A stretch of 24,000 nt of DNA from Candidatus Saccharimonadota bacterium (GTDB lineage Bacteria > Patescibacteriota > Saccharimonadia > Saccharimonadales > Saccharimonadaceae). Location of the stretch: NCBI GenBank assembly GCA_009992235.1, contig JAACVZ010000001.1, forward strand, positions 111,465 to 135,464. Direction: 5' to 3'. The translations under genes were made by a program, and so were the position numbers. The notes under the pieces are model-generated. The model worked only from the letters and a program-made list of their open reading frames with translations. It had not been told where the DNA came from and ran no database searches. Below are positions 7,813-14,906 of the stretch, in pieces. Position 1 is the first letter of the stretch. Each line of letters starts with the position of its first letter.

Positions 7813-8900
7813 GAAACCGCTCCGCTGCTTTTAGGGACGGCGGTTATCCAGGTTTGCCCTCGGGCTAGGGGGACGTCTTTGCCCGCTGCGTCGGTGAAGG
7901 TGATTTGCTCTTTTCGGCTTTTCTTCTGCCAGGTTACCTCTTTGGCTGTTCCATTTTGAAAGATGGTGGCGGTGCCTTTTCCGACGCTGTTTATTTGCTC
8001 GCGCCAGCCGTCTTCAAAAACGCGCTGCTCGCTGACTTCCATAGCAATAACGACACTTGGGCTAATCTGTCCAGACTCGCGGTCGAGGTGGGCCGCTCCG
8101 CCCTGTGAGCGGTGGTAGGTATTCGTTTTGGCGTCGTAGGTATAGCTGCTGTTATAAAGCTGACTACTTACTGTAACGTTGATGCGGGTTGCATCTGGCG
8201 TTTCGGCCGGCTGACTATCTTCTCGCGTGAACCCGGTGAATGATGACGATGTATAGCCCTTTGCCTTATTAAGCGCATCGAGTCGCTCGAAGTTGGTGTA
8301 GACGTTGTGCGGCGCGTAGCGATCGGTTGCTCGCCAGTATGTGCCCGGATTAAAGAACTGGTCTATGTCCCTATAGGTGCCGTTACGAATTTCAGTTAGG
8401 GCGGCCGCACTTCCGCCAACATGGGCAACGCTTGCATTAAAGGCAGCTAGCCAATCTACATAATACATGCGCAGGCTACGGACTGGACCAACCAGGCCTG
8501 GTTTTTGTTCCTGATAGATGACGAGGAATCGAGTAATTCCCCCCTCTGCGATTGCTTCAAATACGATGCCGCTGTCTTTAAGCCCAGACTGGGGGCGAGC
8601 ATCGGGGCTGTTTTCGATCATAATAGCCGTGGCTGGCTGTTTTGAAGCGGCTTCATCTTTTACTATATTCCCGGTGAGTGGCGAATAGTAAATAATCGGT
8701 TCAGGTTCAGGTTCGGGCGTCTCAACAGCAATCGCTTCAAACATCGACATGTCGCGATTGTTCATAAAGACAGCCGTAACAACACCTGAAATAAGTAACA
8801 GTACAATTAGGCTCCCAAGAATAACGGCACGTTTTTTGTGTCGTCGTATCCAGTTAAAGCGCGGAGTACTGGCAGTGGTGATAGATCGTCGTTTTCTCAT
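7803..8900 (-). CDS. Membrane-anchored DUF3048 (YerB-like) family protein
   Basis: There is an N-terminal signal-anchor (AVILGSLIVLLLISGVVTAVF). The motifs PLTG, ENSPDARPQSGL, EAIAEGGITRFLVIY and GPVRSLR match what I recall of DUF3048. The stop overlaps the kinase start by 10 nt. Confidence 0.75.
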   Translation of the reverse strand: MRKRRSITTASTPRFNWIRRHKKRAVILGSLIVLLLISGVVTAVFMNNRDMSMFEAIAVETPEPEPEPIIYYSPLTGNIVKDEAASKQPATAIMIENSPDARPQSGLKDSGIVFEAIAEGGITRFLVIYQEQKPGLVGPVRSLRMYYVDWLAAFNASVAHVGGSAAALTEIRNGTYRDIDQFFNPGTYWRATDRYAPHNVYTNFERLDALNKAKGYTSSSFTGFTREDSQPAETPDATRINVTVSSQLYNSSYTYDAKTNTYHRSQGGAAHLDRESGQISPSVVIAMEVSEQRVFEDGWREQINSVGKGTATIFQNGTAKEVTWQKKSRKEQITFTDAAGKDVPLARGQTWITAVPKSSGAVSWQ

Positions 8901-8930
8901 GTATTCGTAAGCGTTATAGTTACGCTACGT

Positions 8931-8939
8931 AGTATAGCA
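8931..8939 (-). promoter_or_regulatory. Candidate extended -10 (TGCTATACT) for the DUF3048-kinase-regulator operon
   Basis: The minus-strand sequence TGCTATACT lies in the 41-nt gap after gltX. Here the ATG (8900) is 30 nt downstream, and the leader contains a small imperfect hairpin (AGCGT/ACGCT). Confidence 0.4.
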
Positions 8940-8941
8940 CG

Positions 8942-10381
8942 TTATCGGGGGTCTGAGACGGCCTGAGTGAGGCGATTTTGGACAGTTTCTTTTCCAAGGA
9001 TGGCGAGCGTTTCGTCTAATGCTGGGCTAAACGGTGCCCAAGTGGTAGCAATACGCACAAGGCTAAAGAGAATGCCAGGTTTTTGGCCAGTTTTTTCGAG
9101 AAGTTGGTTGAGTGTTTCTTGAATAGATGCCGCTGACCAGTCTGTTTGCGACGCGAGTACGTCTAACGCTGCTTGCAAGAGTTCTTTCTGCTGGGCTGGG
9201 CTAAGTTTCTTCAATTGTTTATTACCATCGACAAGCGACCAATCTATGGCAGGCTCTTCAAAGAAGTATTGGGTTAGAGCCGGTAGGTCAGCTAATGTTT
9301 TAAGCCTGTCTTGGGCGAGCGAAAGCACCTTTAGACGGTATTCAGGGTCGGCGCTACGGGCAGATTCTGGCCAGAAAGGTTCAACGCGCTTTGAAAGTTC
9401 TTCGAGAGATAGCGCACGAATATGTTGTCCGTTGAGCCACAGAAAACGCTGTTCGTCAAAGCGGGCTGGGCTTTTTTGTACACGGTCAAGTGAGAACGTC
9501 TTAATGAGTTCATCGGTCGTGAAGACTTCCTGCTCGGTACCATCATTCCAGCCAAGCGTCGCTAGGAAGTTTACCATCGCCTCGGGTAGATAGCCTTCTT
9601 TTCCGTAATCAAGTATGTCTTTTGCGCCATCTCTTTTACCGAGCTTCTTTTTGCCGTCTATTGCCATAACGAACGGTAGCGTAGCAAGTACGGGTCGCTT
9701 AAGCTTAAGAGCATCGTATAGGTTTAGAAATTTTGGAGTACTACTGAGGAATTCCTGGCTTCGAAGTACATGGGTAACTTCCATGATGGCGTCATCTACA
9801 ATGTGGCAGAAGTTGTAGGTTGGGTATCCGTCGCTTTTGATAATGATAAAGTCATCAATCGCCTCTTCGCCTGATGATAGCTCGCCCATGACTGCATCGT
9901 GCCAGGTGTAATTTTGAGGATTGGATTTGAAACGAAGCGGTTGCGATCCGTCCCAGGCAGGAGGCTGTTCTGGCCGATGGTCGCGGTACAAAAAAGGACG
10001 CTTCTCGGCTTTAGCCTTTTCACGAAAAGCATCAAGTTCTTGTGGGCTGTATGGGTCAGCATAGGCTCGTCCAGCGTCAACCAAGCGCTGAGCCCATTCT
10101 TTGTATATTTCGAGACGCTCAGATTGGATATAGGGCTGGTGCGGTCCACCTACGGCTATACCTTCGTCCCACTGGACTCCGAGCCACTGCAGGCTGTCGC
10201 CGATATGCGCAATACTTCCCTCGACCTCACGTTGTTTGTCGGTATCTTCTATGCGAAGAATGAAGGTGCCGTTATTCCCTGCCTGTCTAGCAAGTAGCCA
10301 AGCAAATAGTGCCGTGCGGGCTGCACCGACGTGCATGAAGCCGGTTGGGCTAGGTGCGAAACGGGTTCGAATAGTTGTCAT
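8942..10381 (-). CDS. gltX: Glutamate--tRNA ligase
   Basis: The class I HIGH-region RFAPSPTGFMHVGAARTALF and the KMSKS-equivalent KLGKRDG are present. Length is 479 aa, and the overall GluRS-like sequence includes WDEG, PYIQSER, YPTYNFCHIVDD and GWN motifs. Confidence 0.93.
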   Translation of the reverse strand: MTTIRTRFAPSPTGFMHVGAARTALFAWLLARQAGNNGTFILRIEDTDKQREVEGSIAHIGDSLQWLGVQWDEGIAVGGPHQPYIQSERLEIYKEWAQRLVDAGRAYADPYSPQELDAFREKAKAEKRPFLYRDHRPEQPPAWDGSQPLRFKSNPQNYTWHDAVMGELSSGEEAIDDFIIIKSDGYPTYNFCHIVDDAIMEVTHVLRSQEFLSSTPKFLNLYDALKLKRPVLATLPFVMAIDGKKKLGKRDGAKDILDYGKEGYLPEAMVNFLATLGWNDGTEQEVFTTDELIKTFSLDRVQKSPARFDEQRFLWLNGQHIRALSLEELSKRVEPFWPESARSADPEYRLKVLSLAQDRLKTLADLPALTQYFFEEPAIDWSLVDGNKQLKKLSPAQQKELLQAALDVLASQTDWSAASIQETLNQLLEKTGQKPGILFSLVRIATTWAPFSPALDETLAILGKETVQNRLTQAVSDPR

Positions 10382-10389
10382 ATGGTCGT

Positions 10390-10398
10390 ATTATAACA
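10390..10398 (-). promoter_or_regulatory. Extended -10 promoter (TGTTATAAT) 8 nt upstream of the gltX ATG
   Basis: The minus strand reads TGTTATAAT-acgaccat-ATG(10381). There is no SD in the spacer. Confidence 0.55.
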
Positions 10399-10406
10399 GA
10401 TGTCGC

Positions 10407-11354
10407 CTAGAGGCTGGTTGCGATACGTCGGATCTGTTCGTTTGAGAGGTGTGCGTTACTAGTGATGGTGTACAGGACTCCACCGTTCACCCAGGTGGCA
10501 CTTCGGTCGTAGCTGTAAATAGTTAATCCTCGTTCACGAGTCGTGACATAGTTATCGCCGACTGTCTTTTTCACGATGTTGTCTAGAACTGCAGTTGAGT
10601 CCCATGAGCTCTCTGTTTGGCGGATAGTATAGGTATCGTCATTGCTGTTTGATGCAAAGCTAAGAACAACCTCACCTTCGCTGTAGCTCACGGGATGGTG
10701 CAGGCTGAAGCCGTCAGGAACGTAGTCTGGGTACTGGGCCTCGACACCTGCTTGGGCTGATGCTATTGACACCGACACTGCAGGGACGAGCCGGTATATA
10801 CCGTAAGCAACACCAAGAAGTGCGCCGACAACAAGGACTACGATAAGCAGTCGTTTTTTCCAGGGCTCAAGCGGACGTCGTTTTTTCGATGTTGATTTAT
10901 TGTCATTTTGCAGGGCGGCAGTAATTGCTTTGTCTTTGATTTCTTTGCCTGTAGCGATAGCTTTCTCTCGTGGTTTTGCAAGCGCGGCGTGTCTTAAAAC
11001 GGCACGTTCGGCCATTGGGTGCGCCTGAGGCGGCCGGTGGGGCGTGTCTGTGATTGGCTTTGGTGATAGTTTTTTCGTAACAGGGTGTGGTGCAAACCGA
11101 CTAACTTTCGAGTTTCTTGCTATATCCATTGTTCGACCCTTGGTCGGGTGTTTTACGACAGGTGTAGGTTTTTTAACCGCACTACGACGCAATGTTTTTG
11201 ATCGCTGTGTCTGTTCGTGGATATTTGTTGCCTGAGTACGTGGCTCTGGTTTTTTCGGTACAGACTTTTTCGAAGCTGGTTCGGGACGTGCGGGAAGTCC
11301 GGTGACTGCATCGTACATCCGCCCGTTTATAGTAACTGTTTTGTTTGTCGCCAT
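10407..11354 (-). CDS. Single-pass membrane protein: ~165-aa basic Pro/Lys-rich cytoplasmic region, one TM, ~115-aa ectodomain (possibly DUF4367-like)
   Basis: The ORF runs to 11417, but ATG 11354 (MATNKTVTING) is preferred and has GAGGA upstream. The TM is LLIVVLVVGALLGVAYGIY. The C-terminal beta-rich domain (PDGFSL...YTIRQTES...TWVNGGVLYTITSN) resembles DUF4367; that family call has low confidence. Confidence 0.7.
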   Translation of the reverse strand: MATNKTVTINGRMYDAVTGLPARPEPASKKSVPKKPEPRTQATNIHEQTQRSKTLRRSAVKKPTPVVKHPTKGRTMDIARNSKVSRFAPHPVTKKLSPKPITDTPHRPPQAHPMAERAVLRHAALAKPREKAIATGKEIKDKAITAALQNDNKSTSKKRRPLEPWKKRLLIVVLVVGALLGVAYGIYRLVPAVSVSIASAQAGVEAQYPDYVPDGFSLHHPVSYSEGEVVLSFASNSNDDTYTIRQTESSWDSTAVLDNIVKKTVGDNYVTTRERGLTIYSYDRSATWVNGGVLYTITSNAHLSNEQIRRIATSL

Positions 11355-11501
11355 GTGGTGTGTAAATCCTCGCAATTTGCCATATATATAGAGACGTCGG
11401 TATGGGGAACGGCACAATTCGTGACGTCCGCATACATTAACCCTATAGTAGAGCGTCTATCGTGCTTATGCAACCCTCTGGTTAAAATCACACGAAACCA
11501 T

Positions 11502-11507
11502 TATACT
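11502..11507 (+). promoter_or_regulatory. Candidate -10 (TATACT) 11 nt upstream of the PEGA-protein ATG
   Basis: The sequence is TATACT-gagacgaagtc-ATG(11519). The -35 is weak (TGGTTA at a 17-nt spacing) and there is no clear SD. Confidence 0.4.
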
Positions 11508-11518
11508 GAGACGAAGTC

Positions 11519-12979
11519 ATGTTTCGACGTCCATCTCAAAGAAAGCAACTAATTCAGCGAATTGTCGTATCAATAATCGCGATGCTTTTTATTGTTGCCG
11601 GTGTTATTGTGACGGTTTTATTCATTCTTGGTTACCGGCTCGATAGCGACAGCGGCCGCTTAGAGCAAGGAGCGCTGCTTCAGTTTGAATCAGTACCAGG
11701 CGGTGCGGGCGTCTTTGTTGATGGTAACTACACAGGTAGTCAGACGACAACTAAGCGGACCGTTATTGCCGGAACGCATACGTTTATGGTTCAACGTCAA
11801 GGCTATGAAGATTGGGTAAAGACGCTTGATGTTCAGGCCGGTACGCTTACGTGGCTCGACTACATCAGACTAGTTCCTAAGGACCGTTCAGTAAAAGACG
11901 TTGCCTCATTCGCGTCTCTTTCGGGGGCAAAAGCATCACCCGACAGACAGACATTCATTGTCCAAGAAAAAAGTAGTGAACCAGCGTTCACCGTTGTTAA
12001 TCTTAGCGAGGAGAATGTACGCACAAGTAAGGTGATAATCCCCCAAGACGTATATAGTGACGATGCAGTTGTTGGTGCATCTCACGAGTTTAGACTCCAT
12101 GAGTGGGACCAGAGCGGGCAGTTTGTTATTGTTACGCATCACATAGACAACCAGGTTCAGTGGTTGGTAGTTGATACGCAGAATGTATCAGCTAGTAGAA
12201 ACGTCACTCGCCTACTCGGCGTTCAGCTTAGTGATGCTGTATTTATGGGAACTGGCGGAAGGACGCTGTACGGTCTAACGCAGGATGGCTTAATTCGACG
12301 CCTCGATTTAGATGAGGCTGTTATATCTCGCCCTCTTGTTAGCCGTGTTGATCAGGTATCACTTAATAATGAGACAAAAGTTATTAGTTATGTTGGCACC
12401 GACCCTCATGACGCTGAGCTGAAGGTCGCTGGGGTGTATCGTGATGGTGATGATGAGGGCTATGTTATACGAAGCACAAAGACGGATGAGGCGCTGTCTA
12501 TTTCAACTGTTCGACAGCATAGCGATGATTACGTTGCTGTTTCACAAGGAAACGTCCTCAGTATCCTAAAGGGAACATACCCTAGTTCGAGTGACGGCAC
12601 TGTCACGAGCTATGCTCCGTATGCGACCGTTTCAACGACTGCTCCAATAAGCACTGTTTCATTCAGCAAGACTGGTTCGTATCTTGTGGCGCGCGCTGGG
12701 ACGGAGCTGGTTGGCTACGATATGCTGCAAAAACGTTCAACAGTAGCGACGCTACTCGACAGTGAGCGGACTTTCCAGTGGCTTGATGATGCACACCTTT
12801 GGACTGATACGGCGGCGTCTTTAACTATGCGCGACTTTGACGGGACAAACCGGTACGAAATAATGAGTGTAGCTGAAGGCTTTGACGCAACTCTCAGTCG
12901 TAGCGGACGCTACATGTATAGTATTGGTGAGCGCGACAATAGTTACGTATTGCAACGCGTAAAAATGATTCTTGATTAG
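11519..12979 (+). CDS. Membrane-anchored PEGA-domain protein with a large beta-rich (propeller-like) C-terminal region
   Basis: The N-terminal TM is IVVSIIAMLFIVAGVIVTVLFILGY. The PEGA-type segment is SVPGGAGVFVDGNYTGSQTTTKRTVIAGTHTFMVQRQGYEDW. The remaining ~350 aa are beta-rich with no motif I can name. Confidence 0.8.
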   Translation: MFRRPSQRKQLIQRIVVSIIAMLFIVAGVIVTVLFILGYRLDSDSGRLEQGALLQFESVPGGAGVFVDGNYTGSQTTTKRTVIAGTHTFMVQRQGYEDWVKTLDVQAGTLTWLDYIRLVPKDRSVKDVASFASLSGAKASPDRQTFIVQEKSSEPAFTVVNLSEENVRTSKVIIPQDVYSDDAVVGASHEFRLHEWDQSGQFVIVTHHIDNQVQWLVVDTQNVSASRNVTRLLGVQLSDAVFMGTGGRTLYGLTQDGLIRRLDLDEAVISRPLVSRVDQVSLNNETKVISYVGTDPHDAELKVAGVYRDGDDEGYVIRSTKTDEALSISTVRQHSDDYVAVSQGNVLSILKGTYPSSSDGTVTSYAPYATVSTTAPISTVSFSKTGSYLVARAGTELVGYDMLQKRSTVATLLDSERTFQWLDDAHLWTDTAASLTMRDFDGTNRYEIMSVAEGFDATLSRSGRYMYSIGERDNSYVLQRVKMILD

Positions 12980-12988
12980 TTCAACGAC

Positions 12989-14164
12989 CTAACCGAATAG
13001 TCGCTCTAGGAACGTTGGTGAGTTGCCTGGTATAGTTGCCTCATCGGTCGTCTCTCCGCTTCCTGCGGGCGCTGGAGCAGCTTTAGCGGGGTCTGGACTG
13101 ACTTGTTCGGCCGTGACTAGCAAGCGATTGAGTGCCGTACCTAGTGGCGTACAGGTAATAAGCGTCAGCATAGGTTTCTTGGTGTCATAAATGAGCTTAC
13201 CTACCTCGTTTGGTTGCACAACCTCTTTTTTGGTAATGACGTAGGTGTAACGGACGCCTTCGTAGTTTGCATAGAGCGTATCGCCGGGGGCAAGTTTGTC
13301 GAGCTGTGCAAAGATGAATTTGTAATCTCCACCATCGAACAGGTCGTTACTGCTGTGGCCCGATAGTACCGTGTTGCCTACTTCACCGGGGCGACTGTTC
13401 GCTCCGGGAATAGCAAAGTGCGCCACGCCATTTTCCATGGCCGCCATCTGTGAATCGTTGTCATAGCCAACGCCGTAGATAACCGGAACATCAACATTAA
13501 TTTTTGGAATAATTAGTTTCGGATCTTGACTAACTTTTGTATCTTCGCCGGGGTTTACGACGATATTCTGCGGACTAATTGCTCCCGGAGACACGTATGC
13601 GTGAACTGAGGCTACAATAACTCGGTTGTACTGCAAGAACATGAACAATAACACTACTATGAGTGACGCAGCAATAGGCATAAAGTGACGGCTTTTCCGG
13701 ACCTTCTTTGCCGAGTCTTGTACTTTTGAAAGCAGCTGCGTGCGAAGTTCGGTCAGAGCGGCGTCCTTAGTAACTGTTGCTGGTTCTTCGGGTTCGGGTT
13801 GATGCGAGAAATAGCTTTGGGCGGTTTGAGTCGTTACTTCGGGCTCGGTTGGTTTATTGTGCGCATAATATTGCTCGTAATAAGACTGATAGTAGTTCTG
13901 CCAGGCACTGTGGTAGGCTTTCCACTGCTCGGCCTGCGGAAGTGGATGTGCGGCGTGTGTTCGGTTGAATACGCCGTGTTGAGCGGGTTGTGCGGGTATC
14001 TGGGCTTGAGGTTGTGGTTGCTGTTGTTGCGGTGCGGGCGTATCGTCAGACGAGCTTCCGTATAACGAGTCAATCTGCAGACGGATTAGGTCGGCAGCGG
14101 TATCTTGATTTGACTGAGGTGCGGCCGAACGGTCTCCACCTTGACTGTTGTTATCGGGCTTCAT
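12989..14164 (-). CDS. Sortase-family transpeptidase with a 160-aa low-complexity cytoplasmic N-terminal extension
   Basis: The catalytic triad context is present: VLSGHSS (His), TLITCTP (Cys) and NRLLVTAE (Arg). The TM lies at aa ~161-179. The N-terminus is Q/P/Y-rich (PQQQQPQPQAQIPAQPAQ, WQNYYQSYYEQYY). Confidence 0.88.
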   Translation of the reverse strand: MKPDNNSQGGDRSAAPQSNQDTAADLIRLQIDSLYGSSSDDTPAPQQQQPQPQAQIPAQPAQHGVFNRTHAAHPLPQAEQWKAYHSAWQNYYQSYYEQYYAHNKPTEPEVTTQTAQSYFSHQPEPEEPATVTKDAALTELRTQLLSKVQDSAKKVRKSRHFMPIAASLIVVLLFMFLQYNRVIVASVHAYVSPGAISPQNIVVNPGEDTKVSQDPKLIIPKINVDVPVIYGVGYDNDSQMAAMENGVAHFAIPGANSRPGEVGNTVLSGHSSNDLFDGGDYKFIFAQLDKLAPGDTLYANYEGVRYTYVITKKEVVQPNEVGKLIYDTKKPMLTLITCTPLGTALNRLLVTAEQVSPDPAKAAPAPAGSGETTDEATIPGNSPTFLERLFG

Positions 14165-14184
14165 CTTTAATCCTATTCATTTCT

Positions 14185-14194
14185 ATTGTACAAT
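14185..14194. promoter_or_regulatory. 10-bp palindrome ATTGTACAAT giving overlapping divergent TACAAT -10 hexamers (sortase leftward, tRNA-Leu rightward)
   Basis: The plus-strand TACAAT is at 14189-14194, 8 nt before the mature tRNA-Leu 5' end (14203). The minus-strand TACAAT is at 14190-14185, 20 nt before the sortase ATG (14164), with AGGA in that leader. Confidence 0.5.
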
Positions 14195-14202
14195 ACATGG
14201 GC

Positions 14203-14289
14203 GCCGCGATGGTGGAATTGGTAGACACGCGAGACTCAAAATTTCGTGTCCATCTGGACGTGCCGGTTCAAGTCCGGCTCGCGGTACCA
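14203..14289 (+). tRNA. tRNA-Leu (anticodon CAA), class II with a long variable arm, CCA encoded
   Basis: Acceptor GCCGCGA/TCGCGGT and D arm GTGGAATTGGTAGACAC. The anticodon stem CGAGA/TTTCG carries the loop CTCAAAA. The variable arm is TGTCCATCTGGACGT and the T arm is GCCGG-TTCAAGT-CCGGC, followed by ACCA. Length 87 nt. Confidence 0.93.
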
Positions 14290-14310
14290 GAAAAATTTAT
14301 AAAATTAATA

Positions 14311-14352
14311 CGCCCCGGCCACAAAAGTCGTACTGACTTAGCGGCCGGGGCG
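14311..14352. terminator. Bidirectional intrinsic terminator between convergent tRNA-Leu and ORF 14366-14785
   Basis: The outer 10-bp perfect GC stem is CGCCCCGGCC/GGCCGGGGCG. An inner 5-bp stem AAGTC/GACTT has the loop GTACT. T-rich tracts flank the hairpin on both strands (TTGTTGTG on plus; TATTAATTTTATAAATTTTT on minus). Confidence 0.75.
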
Positions 14353-14365
14353 TTGTTGTGCACCT

Positions 14366-14785
14366 CTACTCCTCCTCTTCCCAATATCGGTCGAATTCGT
14401 TTTCGAAATAATCTTCGAAGTCAGAGAAGCCGACGAAAGACTCGGGGTTGGGTCCGGAGGGCTCAGGGAGTAGGTGCTTCTTCTTGGCCGCGACCATGAA
14501 ATTCACCGGGCTCCACAAACCACCCTCGTACGGAACGGTACCGGTGTCGGACAGAAAGTGAGTTCTGACATCACCGTACTCGGTGGGTCGAATGTCCACC
14601 ATCAGTTGCTTACCTAAGAAGCGAGAAGCGTGCGTTTGTACGTACGGTTCGCGAACAACAACACCTTCTTCCATTGTTCCGTATTCGGTGTTGAACCGAA
14701 CGACCGAACAGCCGCGTCGGAGGTCGTTAATGGCCAGGGCGGACGGGTGAAGCGGGTTCTTCCTCTTCAGTTGAGTAGCCTTCAT
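14366..14785 (-). CDS. Hypothetical 139-aa protein with a basic N-terminus and an acidic/aromatic C-terminal tail, no family recognised
   Basis: This is a monocistronic unit with its own consensus promoter and terminator. GAAGGGA lies upstream of the ATG. The tail ESFVGFSDFEDYFENEFDRYWEEEE has 11 acidic and 8 aromatic residues out of 25. Confidence 0.75.
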   Translation of the reverse strand: MKATQLKRKNPLHPSALAINDLRRGCSVVRFNTEYGTMEEGVVVREPYVQTHASRFLGKQLMVDIRPTEYGDVRTHFLSDTGTVPYEGGLWSPVNFMVAAKKKHLLPEPSGPNPESFVGFSDFEDYFENEFDRYWEEEE

Positions 14786-14862
14786 GGTAGCGTCCCTTCA
14801 GGAGTACTAGATTGTGAGTGGGTGCAAAATCCTCGCAAAGTTAAACCGCGGGAATGCTACAT

Positions 14863-14891
14863 ATTATAGCAAAAAACATTACATTTGTCAA
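14863..14891 (-). promoter_or_regulatory. Perfect consensus sigma70 promoter TTGACA-17 nt-TATAAT
   Basis: On the minus strand, TTGACA is at 14891-14886, followed by the 17-nt spacer aatgtaatgttttttgc and TATAAT at 14868-14863. The predicted leader to ATG 14785 is about 70 nt. Confidence 0.75.
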
Positions 14892-14906
14892 TCTATCGGT
14901 GCGGTT

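Noticed and set aside
14290-14906. A genomic islet integrated at the 3' end of tRNA-Leu.
   Set aside because: There is no integrase or recombinase. No direct repeat of the tRNA 3' end is visible in 14786-14906. Only one small gene is present, and composition is not visibly different from the flanks.
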